A stretch of 64,000 nt of DNA from Desulfatiglandales bacterium (GTDB lineage: Bacteria; Desulfobacterota; DSM-4660; Desulfatiglandales; Desulfatiglandaceae): the NCBI GenBank assembly GCA_963666345.1, contig OY762721.1, forward strand, positions 2,400,001 to 2,464,000, in the 5' to 3' direction. The position numbers were made by a program, and so were the translations under genes. The stretch's first letter is position 1, and every line of letters starts with the position of its first letter. The notes below the pieces were generated by a model that had not been told where the DNA came from, made no database searches, and worked only from the letters and a program-made list of their open reading frames with translations. Below are positions 31,159-40,838 of this stretch, piece by piece.

Positions 31159-34100
31159 TTAATCCTTTTGCCGGCTGACTGCGGTACCCACGAAAAAGGC
31201 GAGAAGCGCCGGGATGACAAAGAGGGTGAAGAGGGTTGAAAAGGCCAGGCCGCCCAGAAGAACCGAGCCTATGCCTCGGTACATTTCGCTCCCCGAGCCG
31301 GTCGAGAGCACCAGGGGCATGAGCGCGAAGATACTGGTGCTGGTGCTCATGAAAATGGGCCTTATCCTTGTTCTTACCGATTCGGTGATGGCCTCCATGC
31401 CTTTCATGGCCTCATAGCGGATATTATTGAGCGTCTGATGCACGATGAGTATGGCGTTATTTACAACGGTGCCTATGAGGATTACGAAACCGAGCATGGT
31501 CAGCACGTCAAGGGGCTGTGGAAAGATGAAGCGATCGACCAGTCTGAGACCAATGAATCCGCCTGCCGCGGCAAGCGGCACTGTGAAGAGTATGATAAAG
31601 GGATAGAAGAAATTTTCGAACAGGGCCGACATGAGAAGATATGTTATGATAAGCGCGAGCAGGAAGTTCCACTGAAGGGCCTGCCTGGTGGTTACCAGTT
31701 TGTCCGCGTTTCCTCCTATGGAAACCTGGACCGACTTCAAGCGGTCCTTCCGCTTCATATCGTCGACCATGTCTTCAATCAGCTCCATGGCGGACTGGAG
31801 CGGGAGAGATTCCGGGGGGGTGACTTCGAGACGGATGTTGCGTTTTTTCTCGAGCCTGTCTATCTGCGTCATTCCCCTTTTGTATTCGATATGGGCCACA
31901 TCCCCTATCCTGATAAGCTGGCCCGTGTTGTTGGCAATGGAGCAGTCCAGGATCTCTTCCGGGGTTTTGAAATCCTTTTCATCGCTTCGCACCACAAGGT
32001 CGATCCGGTAGGCTCCTTCGGGCCGGTACTCGTCTATCTTTCGACCGTTCATAAGGACATCCACGTAGACCCCGAGCTGTCTTTCGGTGAGCCCGTTTGC
32101 CGCAAGCCTCCTCTTGTCCGGCACGATATTGGCTTCAGGGTAGGAGAATTCAAGGGAGGGCACAGGCCTTATCTGCGCCTTGGGGATGGCCTGCCTGAGC
32201 GCCCCGAACAGCATGCCTCCCGCCTGAACGATGTCCTGCAGGCCTTCCCCCGATATATTCACGTCGACGGTACGCCCTTTTCCCAGTTCCGATTCAAAGA
32301 TGCCCGGCTGGATGCTGACTCCGAACATGCCCGGTATCGAGTGTATGATCCGGGTCAGTAGCGGGATAAGTTTCCCCACCTCCGTCTCATGTTCTTCGAC
32401 ACAGGTGGTCCCGAAAAAGGTGAAGATGTCGGCTGAGAGAAAAAACATGTTTTTTATCCGGGGAAAACCGTCCCTGCCGTCTTCATCCATGTAAGGTTTG
32501 AGTTGCCCGTAGATGTTATCCGCCACTTCATGCCTTTTCTGAGAGGAGTAACCCGGCGGTGGTACAAGGATGTTCATGATGATATTCTGGTTTCCCTGGG
32601 GCAGGTACTCGGCCTTTGGCATCAGATAGACTGAGGTGGCAATGGAAAATGTCGTAAAGCCTACGACACACACAAGCCGGGTGAAGATGTTTTTCTGGAA
32701 AAGAGATGAAACCGCCATGATAATGGATACGAAGAATCCTCCAACGGCTGCGACAGGGCCGCGCCTTCCTGCCTGTTTTATCTCTTTTTTCCCGTACATC
32801 AGGTTCATTGTGGTGGGAATGAGGGTGATTGATGCCAGCAGGCTCAAGAGGATCGAAAATGTGATGGCAATGGCTATATCCTTGAAAAGCTGCCCCGCCT
32901 CCTCCTTTATGAAGATAACCGGGAGAAACACGGCGACCGTGGTAAAGGTGGAGGCTATTACCGCGCCGTATACCTCTTTTGCCCCGTCATAGGCGGCATC
33001 CCTGATCTTTTTGCCCATTTTTCTGTGCCGGTCTATGTTTTCAAGGACGACTATCGAGTTGTCGAGCAGCATGCCGACCGCGAATGAGATCCCCGCGAGG
33101 CTGACCACGTTGAGATTCCTGTTAAAGAGCATGAGAAATGTGAAGGTGCCTACTGCCGATACAGGAATGGCCAGGGCGGTTGTGAGGGTGCTGCGAAAGC
33201 TTCTAAGGAAAAGGAGAAGCACCAGTATGGCAAGACTTCCTCCGATAAAGACATTATGCTTGACTATGTTTATGGCCTTGAGGATGTAGGGCGCCTCATC
33301 GTAGGACCACTTGATAACGAGGTTTTTTTCGGCAAGCACGTCTCTGTTGAGCCGGTCCACCTCATCTCTGACCCTCTCAACCACTTCAAGCACGTTCGCT
33401 CCGCTCTGGCGCCTTACCGCTATTACGATCGAGTCTGTTCCCCCTTCCATTATTGATACGAACTGCGGTTGGTATCCTATTCGCGTGCTTGCTATATCGC
33501 CAAGCAGGATGCGTTCCGATCCGTCGTCGAACAATACCACGTCAAGGGGGTCTTTAGGTGACTGAAACTTGGCCGCCGTTCTTATCCGGTAATTGGTGCG
33601 GTCTATTCCGAGAAGGCCGGCCGAGGTATCCTCGTTTGCCGCCGCCACCTTGGCAGTCACCTCGTTTATGGTGATGTTGTGCCTGGCCATTTTGACCGGG
33701 TCAAGCACGATCTCAAGCTGCTGCTCCGTGCCGCCGAATACCATCAGGGATGCCACCCCGTCCACCCTTTCCAGGTACTGGCGCACCTCGTTTTCAAAAT
33801 AGGTCTGATATTTGGCCACATCAGCGGGGTTGCCTTCTTTTACCTTCAGGTTCATGAAGATGATCGGCTTGGCATTGGCCCCGGAGGTATTAAGGATAGG
33901 CTTTTCAACGTTGTCGGGGTATTCCCATACCTCATCGAGCTTGTTTGATACCCTGAGGACCGCAGTGTTGATATCGGTTTCAAGACCGAAGGTCAGGGTT
34001 ATCCTTGCAAGGTCATTATAGGAGGAGCTTTCCATCTTGATGAGGTTCTGGAGGCTCTTCAGCTTGTCCTCCTGAACCTCCACCACCTCGCTTTCAATCT

Positions 34101-34272
34101 CATTTGGGGTGGCGCCCCGCCAGAAGGTATAGACCTCTATCTTGGGCAGTTCCGTGTCGGGCGCAAGCTGGACAGGCAGGCTTATGAGTCCTATGACCCC
34201 GAAGAGTATGAAAAGCAGGGCCCCTACCGCGACGGTTACCGGTTTGGAGATTGCGTATCTTATCAAGTCCAT
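31159..34272 (-). CDS. RND efflux permease (AcrB/AcrD/AcrF family)
   Basis: AVGMLLDNSIVVLENI, GTVVNNAILIV and RIRPIFMST motifs. Confidence 0.93.
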   Translation of the reverse strand: MDLIRYAISKPVTVAVGALLFILFGVIGLISLPVQLAPDTELPKIEVYTFWRGATPNEIESEVVEVQEDKLKSLQNLIKMESSSYNDLARITLTFGLETDINTAVLRVSNKLDEVWEYPDNVEKPILNTSGANAKPIIFMNLKVKEGNPADVAKYQTYFENEVRQYLERVDGVASLMVFGGTEQQLEIVLDPVKMARHNITINEVTAKVAAANEDTSAGLLGIDRTNYRIRTAAKFQSPKDPLDVVLFDDGSERILLGDIASTRIGYQPQFVSIMEGGTDSIVIAVRRQSGANVLEVVERVRDEVDRLNRDVLAEKNLVIKWSYDEAPYILKAINIVKHNVFIGGSLAILVLLLFLRSFRSTLTTALAIPVSAVGTFTFLMLFNRNLNVVSLAGISFAVGMLLDNSIVVLENIDRHRKMGKKIRDAAYDGAKEVYGAVIASTFTTVAVFLPVIFIKEEAGQLFKDIAIAITFSILLSLLASITLIPTTMNLMYGKKEIKQAGRRGPVAAVGGFFVSIIMAVSSLFQKNIFTRLVCVVGFTTFSIATSVYLMPKAEYLPQGNQNIIMNILVPPPGYSSQKRHEVADNIYGQLKPYMDEDGRDGFPRIKNMFFLSADIFTFFGTTCVEEHETEVGKLIPLLTRIIHSIPGMFGVSIQPGIFESELGKGRTVDVNISGEGLQDIVQAGGMLFGALRQAIPKAQIRPVPSLEFSYPEANIVPDKRRLAANGLTERQLGVYVDVLMNGRKIDEYRPEGAYRIDLVVRSDEKDFKTPEEILDCSIANNTGQLIRIGDVAHIEYKRGMTQIDRLEKKRNIRLEVTPPESLPLQSAMELIEDMVDDMKRKDRLKSVQVSIGGNADKLVTTRQALQWNFLLALIITYLLMSALFENFFYPFIILFTVPLAAAGGFIGLRLVDRFIFPQPLDVLTMLGFVILIGTVVNNAILIVHQTLNNIRYEAMKGMEAITESVRTRIRPIFMSTSTSIFALMPLVLSTGSGSEMYRGIGSVLLGGLAFSTLFTLFVIPALLAFFVGTAVSRQKD

Positions 34273-34286
34273 ATGCCCGTCCTGTC

Positions 34287-35375
34287 CTATTTTTTATCCT
34301 TGTCAGGGACCGTTGCGTCCTTTTCAATGATTTGAACCGGTTGATCAGGCATGAGCCTTGACCCACCGTCTACTATGACCGGCATCCCCTTTACAAACAT
34401 GGGGTCTTCCACTCCCGCAAATTCGCCTACAAAGGCGGATACCTTGATCGGGAGGGGAACAGCCCTTCCCTGTTTTACCGTGAAGACCATCTCCGTTCCC
34501 CTGAAGTTGACCAGGGCGTCCCTGGGCACCAGGGTCATCTTCTTCGGACTGTCCGTTGGCACAAGGACTATGGCGGACATGTTTTCCACGACCATCGGAA
34601 TCCTCGGCAGGCCTATCTTTATCATCACGTTTTTGGTCTTGAGGTCCGCGACCGGTAGAAACCCTCTGATAACTCCCGGCACCTTTTTGGCAAACGCGGT
34701 CAGGGTGACCTCGATCTGTTCGCCCTTTCCGGAAAAGAGCATCAGCTCCTCCGAGACAGGCACCTTTACGCACAGATCGTCAAGCGAGCCGAGGCGGCAG
34801 AGATTCGTGCCGGGAGCTACCCAGTCCCCGATTTCCACGTATTTTTCAAGCGCTATCCCGTCAAAGGGCGCCCTGATGACGCTCTTTGATTTTTTCAGCC
34901 TTGCTATCTCAAGCTGCTTCAAGAGCGCGTCTTTTTCCTTGAAAAGCTCGCTATGACCGAAGACAAGATCGTCATAGGCCTTTTCAGCCGCGGCATTTTC
35001 CTTGTACAGGGTGCTGTACCGCTTGATGTCCTTATCCTTCCTTGCTATCTGAACATCCACCAGCTCGATCCTGGTGAGGGCAAGATCTATCTCCTTTTCA
35101 ATGAAATCGGTATTGAGCCTTGCCAGTATCCGCCCCTTTTTGATCCTGTCTCCCGCCCTCAGGGAAATCGACTTTACAAGCCCCGAGACCTCGGTGGAGA
35201 TCCTGCTCACCCTGTCGAAATAAAGTGTCCCGATTATGGGGGTGTTTTTTGCCACGACCCTTTCCTCCACCGGTGCCACCACGACCCTGGCAGGCGGGGG
35301 TCCGTTTTTCCCCTCCGCCGCCTGCGCGACGCCAGGGGTCAGGAGAAGACAGATCACATATAAGAGATATTTCAT
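34287..35375 (-). CDS. RND periplasmic adaptor subunit
   Basis: Signal peptide; EVSGLV...GDRIKKG and IRAPFDG motifs. Confidence 0.9.
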   Translation of the reverse strand: MKYLLYVICLLLTPGVAQAAEGKNGPPPARVVVAPVEERVVAKNTPIIGTLYFDRVSRISTEVSGLVKSISLRAGDRIKKGRILARLNTDFIEKEIDLALTRIELVDVQIARKDKDIKRYSTLYKENAAAEKAYDDLVFGHSELFKEKDALLKQLEIARLKKSKSVIRAPFDGIALEKYVEIGDWVAPGTNLCRLGSLDDLCVKVPVSEELMLFSGKGEQIEVTLTAFAKKVPGVIRGFLPVADLKTKNVMIKIGLPRIPMVVENMSAIVLVPTDSPKKMTLVPRDALVNFRGTEMVFTVKQGRAVPLPIKVSAFVGEFAGVEDPMFVKGMPVIVDGGSRLMPDQPVQIIEKDATVPDKDKK

Positions 35376-35729
35376 GGGTTACCTCTTCAGGAATATCGAT
35401 GTTAAAGGCATGATTCAGGGCCGGCTTTCCCGCCATTTTGTGATTCATATCCGTCAGTTTCTTATCCACGAGAATGGATGGCAGGATATATAAAAACTCA
35501 AGAATGATTGATACAGATTTTTAAACCCTGTTTGAATTTTAGTCAAGGCACCCCTGATTTATCAGCGGGGTTTCAGATGCAATTCAAGCTTGTGAAGCCG
35601 GGGACCCGCCGCAAAGCGAAGATAAAGCCCTTTATCAGCAGGGCTGAAGGAGAGCTTGTTAGGTCCGCTGCTTTTGTGCTATATATCCGGCTGACAATTC
35701 AATAAATTTGTATGTTCTCTGGAGGCAAA

Positions 35730-36956
35730 ATGAGTTTTTTCGGCATATTCGGCGGCAGATCGCTTGAGCAAAGAGAGGAAAAAGGGGATTCACTTTTTGA
35801 GGCGGGTGACTACGGCCTTGCCAAGATGGAATATGAGAATCTGGTTGAAAAGATAATCAAGGGCGAGCGGAAAGACCCGGAACTTGAAAAAAGGGTGATT
35901 GAAAAGCTCGACAGGACAAGGGAACTCCTCGCCGTAAGGCACAGGGAAGAAGGCCTTGAGATCATGGAATCAGGTTATTTGGAGGCGGCGGCCGATTCCT
36001 TCAGGCTCGCTCTTGAGCTTACGCACGACCCTGAGATGACAGAGGAGTTAAAGGGGCTTCTTAAAAGGACCTCTGATTTCTCCGATGAGGGCAGTGACGC
36101 CTGTTATATTGACCGGCCGGCTGGCCGAACCGAAGATAAGGACGAGCGAACCGGAGAAGACGACCTTTTCGACGCCCTTTTAAGCGGGCTCCCTGAGCCT
36201 GTCAGGGATGCCTATTACAGCTATGGAGATACCTTCAGAAAAGGGTATCTCGCCCTTAATGAGGCGGACTTCAATCTCGCCGCAGACATGCTTTATGAGG
36301 CAATGGAGGAAAGCGGGCGTCATAGCTATGTGCCGATAGAGCTTGCGGCTGCATATCTCAATCTTGAAAGGTTTGATGAGGCAAGGAAGTTTTCGGAGGA
36401 TTTCGTGAGAAACTTCCCCGAATGGACACAGGGGTATCAGATACTGTGCGAGAGCCTCTGGGCCCTGGGCCGATTCGATGCGGCCCTTGAATGGCTTGAT
36501 TCCAGCCCTGCCGAGGTTGCCGGTTCCCTCCCCATGCTTCTTCTTAAGGGAGATACCCTTGTCAGGGGGAGAAGATTTGATGAGGCTGCCGGGCTTTTTG
36601 AACAGGAGCTTGAGCTAAACGGGTGGCAGCCTGATATGGCACGGGCGCTTGCCATGACCTATGAGGAGCAGGGGGAAAAGGAGGATGCCCGTGATATCTT
36701 TTCAAAACTGCTTGAGTCATGCCGGGCCTGCGGGGCCAAGCAGGACCTGTTTTCAAAAAAGAGGTTCTCGGAACTCAGTTTCGAACTTGGAGATCGTTCA
36801 CCAAACCTGCTCGGGCTCTACCTTTCCCTTGTGCAGGAGGACCCATCCATGCGGGCTCAATATTATCGGAAGATAAGCGCGATATACGAGGCCCAGGGAA
36901 ACAGTGTCGAGGCGGGACGTTTCGCGGATTTCGCCCAAAGGGCAATGAGCGAATAG
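35730..36956 (+). CDS. Tetratricopeptide-repeat protein
   Basis: Repeated helical A/G/L TPR-like patterns; one CxxC (CRAC). Confidence 0.75.
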   Translation: MSFFGIFGGRSLEQREEKGDSLFEAGDYGLAKMEYENLVEKIIKGERKDPELEKRVIEKLDRTRELLAVRHREEGLEIMESGYLEAAADSFRLALELTHDPEMTEELKGLLKRTSDFSDEGSDACYIDRPAGRTEDKDERTGEDDLFDALLSGLPEPVRDAYYSYGDTFRKGYLALNEADFNLAADMLYEAMEESGRHSYVPIELAAAYLNLERFDEARKFSEDFVRNFPEWTQGYQILCESLWALGRFDAALEWLDSSPAEVAGSLPMLLLKGDTLVRGRRFDEAAGLFEQELELNGWQPDMARALAMTYEEQGEKEDARDIFSKLLESCRACGAKQDLFSKKRFSELSFELGDRSPNLLGLYLSLVQEDPSMRAQYYRKISAIYEAQGNSVEAGRFADFAQRAMSE

Positions 36957-36971
36957 GATTAAAAAAAGGGT

Positions 36972-37253
36972 CTAAAACAGCTCTTCATCACCTATGTCAT
37001 CCATTTTGATCCATATCCGGTAAAGCTTTTCTCCGCTTCGCTCAAAGCATTTGAATCCGGCGGGGTCCACCTCTTCCACCTCCACCCGGCCAAGCTCCCT
37101 GCACTGGGCAAGCCAGTTTTCAAAATGGGCACCCCCTCCGAAATATGCCTTTTTCCATACGGTCCCGTCTTTATCGACCCGTTCGGTGACAAGCTCTTCC
37201 TCAGCCATTTTCCGGCGGACGTCCTCATTTTCTTCAACGTGATTTTCAGACAT
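36972..37253 (-). CDS. Hypothetical protein (93 aa)
   Basis: Protein-like ORF containing WKKAYFGGGAHFENWLAQC...CFE. Confidence 0.6.
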   Translation of the reverse strand: MSENHVEENEDVRRKMAEEELVTERVDKDGTVWKKAYFGGGAHFENWLAQCRELGRVEVEEVDPAGFKCFERSGEKLYRIWIKMDDIGDEELF

Positions 37254-37438
37254 GATATGTCTCACAAAAAAGGGTGCACCAGGACGCTGCTCCTTTCCAA
37301 CTCCGATAATCCACCCTATTGTAACAATATAGTTCATAAGTACGCAAGGGCAGGCGATATTCAGATTAGCATTGTACAGGCCGGGCCTTTCGTATAATAT
37401 ATGAACAGATATAACGTCATAGATGAAAGGAGGCAATA

Positions 37439-38158
37439 ATGGCGGAGGAAATGAAAGTCGGCTGCGCGCGACCAACCGGCGGCCCGGTCGGAGAGATTGC
37501 CGAGGAGGAATCCAAAGAGAAAACAGTTACAAAAAAGGAGGTTTCACCAATGATCCAGGTAGGGAAAAAGGCCCCTGATTTCGCGGCTCCGGGATATCAA
37601 AACGGAAAATTTATATCCATAAACCTATCGGAATATCTGGGTAAATGGGTGGTGCTCTGCTTCTACCCGGGTGATTTTACCTTTGTCTGAGCGACCGAGA
37701 TTTCGGCGGTCGCCGAAAAACACCCCGAGTTTCAGAAACTGGGAGTGGAAGTGCTTTCCATGAGCATAGACAGTGTGTTCGTGCATAAGATGTGGAATGA
37801 CAACGAGCTTTCAAAGATGGTTGAAGGGGGAGTTCCTTTTCCAATGCTTTCTGATGCCGGAGGAAAGGTGGGCAAGGTATTCGGTGTCTATGACGAGGAC
37901 GCGGGAGTGGAGACAAGGGGCAGATTCATCATTGATCCTGACGGGGTCATCCAGGGTTATGAGGTGCTCACGCCTCCTGTGGGAAGAAACGTGAATGAAT
38001 CGCTCAGGCAGTTACAGGCCTTTCAGCTTGTAAGAAACAGCAAGGGCACAGAGGCTACCCCTTCCGGCTGGAAACCGGGGAAAATGACCCTCAAGCCCGG
38101 CCCCGATCTTGTAGGCAAGGTGTGGGAAGTCTGGAAGACGGACATGGCCTTCGACTGA
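37439..38158 (+). CDS. prxU: Selenocysteine-containing peroxiredoxin (AhpC/PrxU-like), in-frame UGA at 37688-37690
   Basis: Track ORFs 37439-37690 and 37745-38158 are in the same frame. Read-through gives [17 protein letters not shown], with UGA at the peroxidatic Cys position of AhpC (FTFVCPTE). Confidence 0.92.
37691..37713 (+). promoter_or_regulatory. Putative bacterial SECIS hairpin
   Basis: GCGACCG-AGATTTCGG-CGGTCGC stem directly 3' of the UGA. Confidence 0.6.
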
Positions 38159-38178
38159 AAAAACATATGAGAGATAAA

Positions 38179-38215
38179 GAGGCTGTCCGGTGCATACCTG
38201 GCAGCCCTTTTTTAT
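38179..38215 (+). terminator. Intrinsic terminator after prxU
   Basis: AGGCTGTC...GGCAGCCC stem followed by a T-run. Confidence 0.7.
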
Positions 38216-38678
38216 TGAAGAATGAGGTCCTTCCGCTTCCTGATTGTCCGGTAATTTACGCTTTTGATCTTGAATAATATCCGGTATTCTGTTATTGCTC
38301 AAAATTGATCGAAGGTATTTTTATGCAGGAAAATATGTAAGTCATGCCTTATTAACCGGAATCAGCCTTCAGCTCTGCATGTTTCATTTGTGTATTAACG
38401 CCCCTTCAAGGAAGGGGGATACCGATGAACTGCTCCCTGTCATACAAAAGACCGCACGCAGCGGCATTTTCAAAAAGCGCATCCTGCGCCCCTAAAATCA
38501 CAAAACAACTGTTTTTATCGATGCACAGAAACATGTGCATTTTGCCTTTCAGAAATCCGCCATGCCCGCAAAGGGATTTGAAAGGCACAGGAGAGCTGAT
38601 CATTAAAAGGTGTATGCGATGCCGTAAACTTACGCGAATGATTGAGGAAATCAATTGCATGACAGGAGATTTTATCAA

Positions 38679-39191
38679 ATGACAGATGTCGTGCCGGTGG
38701 AAAGAATTACGGACAAAATATATCTATTCAGGGGTAAAAAGGTTTTGATGGACAGAGATTTGGCTGCGCTTTATGGAGTGGAAACGGCTCAGTTGAAAAG
38801 AGCTGTAAGGAGGAATATTGAGCGATTTCCTGTTGATTTTATGTTCGAATTGACAAAACAGGAGTTTGAGAATTGGAGATGCCACTTTGGCACCTCCAAT
38901 AGTGAAAAGATGGGGTTGAGATACAGCCCTATGGTTTTTACAGAGCAGGGTGTCGCAATGTTATCGAGCGTCTTGAGAAGCAAACGTGCAATTGAGGTAA
39001 ACATCGCCATCATGCGTGCTTTTGTAAAACTCCGGGAAATGTCGGCAACACATAAAGAATTAGCGCGTAAATTTTATGACTTGGAGCAACACCTCAAAGA
39101 CCATGATGAGCAGATACAGACTATTTTTGAGGCAATTCAACAGTTGTTTGCACCTCCAGAGCAACCCCGGAAAAAATTGGGTTTGAAGTGA
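38679..39191 (+). CDS. ORF6N-domain DNA-binding protein, copy 1 (C-terminal tail apparently frameshifted)
   Basis: RGKKVLMDRDLAALYGVET..LKRAVRRNIERFP.DFMFELT and FTEQGVAMLSSVL motifs. Confidence 0.9.
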   Translation: MTDVVPVERITDKIYLFRGKKVLMDRDLAALYGVETAQLKRAVRRNIERFPVDFMFELTKQEFENWRCHFGTSNSEKMGLRYSPMVFTEQGVAMLSSVLRSKRAIEVNIAIMRAFVKLREMSATHKELARKFYDLEQHLKDHDEQIQTIFEAIQQLFAPPEQPRKKLGLK

Positions 39192-39371
39192 AGGATAAAA
39201 AAGGCTGCTATGGTAAACGAAGCAGAAAGAAACAACCATGAATCAGTATTTTTTTTGAATTTTTTTAAAATCTCTTTTCCGTGTGACCGTAGCTGTCAAA
39301 ACCATGAGCTAAGATGTAATAAATGTTTGATTTTCTCACTAAAAAGAAATGCCCCATTCCACGGGCTCAAT

Positions 39372-39497
39372 CCGAACGATATTAGCGTTGGGGGGAGCTA
39401 CATTTTGGTCGTTCCCATAAAAAAGCGGTTTAAAAGTCCCGTTGTGATTGACACCCCCCCACCACGCCTCCCCCACAGGATGCGCACCCCGGCGGGT
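39372..39497 (+). repeat. Cassette-delimiting repeat R, copy 1
   Basis: Core TTTTGG...AAAAA.CGGTTTA.AAGTC..GTTGTGATTGACA...CC.CGCCTC.CCACAGGATGCGCA.CC.GGCGGGT shared with three other copies. Confidence 0.85.
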
Positions 39498-39631
39498 ATT
39501 TTATGTGGAGCCACTCTGCGACCGCTTTTGCCTGCTTCACACATACCGCCTAAAAAAACTATAAAGTACTGATATGGCCAAAATAAACAAATTATTTGAC
39601 AATAATAGAACCAATAAGTACTATCAAAGAC

Positions 39632-40768
39632 ATGAAACCATCCCTTGATTTCATAGGAAAAAACATACGGTTTCTGCGGCGTCAGAGCAGTTGGACCCTT
39701 GCGCAATTAGCCAAAAGGGTCGGAATGAACGAAGGACCCTTAGGAAGGATAGAGCGGGGGGTCAACGCGCCCTCGGCATCGGTGATATATCGTCTGGCAA
39801 AGGTGTTCGGGGTTTCCGTGAACGCCCTTTTTGCAGAGGCTGAACAGGATCTTCACAATGTTCGTTTCGAGGGAGCGCACGACCCTTTCCTGGTGAGCAT
39901 CGGAAAGGAGGATGCGGTCCTTCCTGCCGGAATTCAGAGGATGACTGGAGATATCATCGCGGGTTTTCAGGCCTTAGAGGATATCTGCAACGCCCGGAAA
40001 CGTGCCGGAATACCCCTTCTTATTCCCTTTGATCCGACCGAGGAGGGCATTTGCGCCCTTTCGGAAACCGTACGGCGCATCATGGAAATCAAGCACGGCA
40101 TAGTGTTCGATTACTTCGAACTATTTGAAAACCAGGGATTCAGGGTGGTTGTCCTTCCTCTGCCTAAAGACATAGACGGCTTTTCCTATTATGACCCCCC
40201 CAATCAGAACGCCTTTTTCTTCCTGAACACCCGCAAGAATCCCGAACGGCAGCTTTTTCACCTTGCGTATGAACTGGGCAGGTTATTCATTTTTACATAT
40301 ACGATGCAGCAGGGAACCGAATTGTTTGACACCCGGGACGAGCAAGGACCCTACGGCCAAAAACCATTTACCGCGCGGCATGGGGCAAACCGTTTTGCGG
40401 CAAATTTTCTCATGCCCCGAAAGACCGTGTTCGATACGGTGAACCAGTTGGGCATTCAAAAAAAACGCTGGTCCTATGAATTGCTGCTCCGGATAAAACA
40501 TCGCTTCGGCGTTTCCGCCGAGACCTTTCTATACCGCTTGAAAGAACTTGAGTTGATTGATCCCGCCTCAGTTGAACCCCTGAAAGAGAAGATCTACGAT
40601 CATTACGATAAAACAACATTCGGCGAACCCGACTTGTCCAGGCGGCTTTTGACCCCCAACGGCAGGTTGTGGGACCTGGTCCTGACTGGAAAAGAAGTGG
40701 CCGAGGGGCGTGATGAAGTCCTGGAAATTGAACAGAGGCTAACAAAGTGGAAGGTGGTAAAAAAATAA
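39632..40768 (+). CDS. XRE-family HTH regulator fused to an ImmA/IrrE (M78) peptidase-like domain
   Basis: N-terminal IRFLRRQSSWTLAQLA...RIERG..APS...LAKVFGVS; DGFS, QLFHLAYELGR, ANRFAANFLMP and FGVSAETFLYRL motifs. Confidence 0.88.
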   Translation: MKPSLDFIGKNIRFLRRQSSWTLAQLAKRVGMNEGPLGRIERGVNAPSASVIYRLAKVFGVSVNALFAEAEQDLHNVRFEGAHDPFLVSIGKEDAVLPAGIQRMTGDIIAGFQALEDICNARKRAGIPLLIPFDPTEEGICALSETVRRIMEIKHGIVFDYFELFENQGFRVVVLPLPKDIDGFSYYDPPNQNAFFFLNTRKNPERQLFHLAYELGRLFIFTYTMQQGTELFDTRDEQGPYGQKPFTARHGANRFAANFLMPRKTVFDTVNQLGIQKKRWSYELLLRIKHRFGVSAETFLYRLKELELIDPASVEPLKEKIYDHYDKTTFGEPDLSRRLLTPNGRLWDLVLTGKEVAEGRDEVLEIEQRLTKWKVVKK

Positions 40769-40774
40769 AGCTGC

Positions 40775-40821
40775 TTGACACATTAAGTATTGTCAATTAT
40801 TGATTAACAATAATTGACAAT
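40775..40821 (+). promoter_or_regulatory. -35 box plus perfect 14-bp-arm palindrome (probable operator)
   Basis: TTGACA at 40775; ATTGTCAATTATTG-ATTAA-CAATAATTGACAAT at 40789-40821. Confidence 0.7.
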
Positions 40822-40838
40822 CAACAAAATGGAGTTGT

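Noticed and set aside
31438..32361. 307-aa plus-strand ORF
   Set aside because: Antisense shadow of the RND gene.
37688..37690. Nonsense mutation/pseudogene in the peroxiredoxin
   Set aside because: The stop is UGA exactly at the catalytic Cys position with an adjacent hairpin and an intact downstream frame; Sec recoding is more parsimonious.
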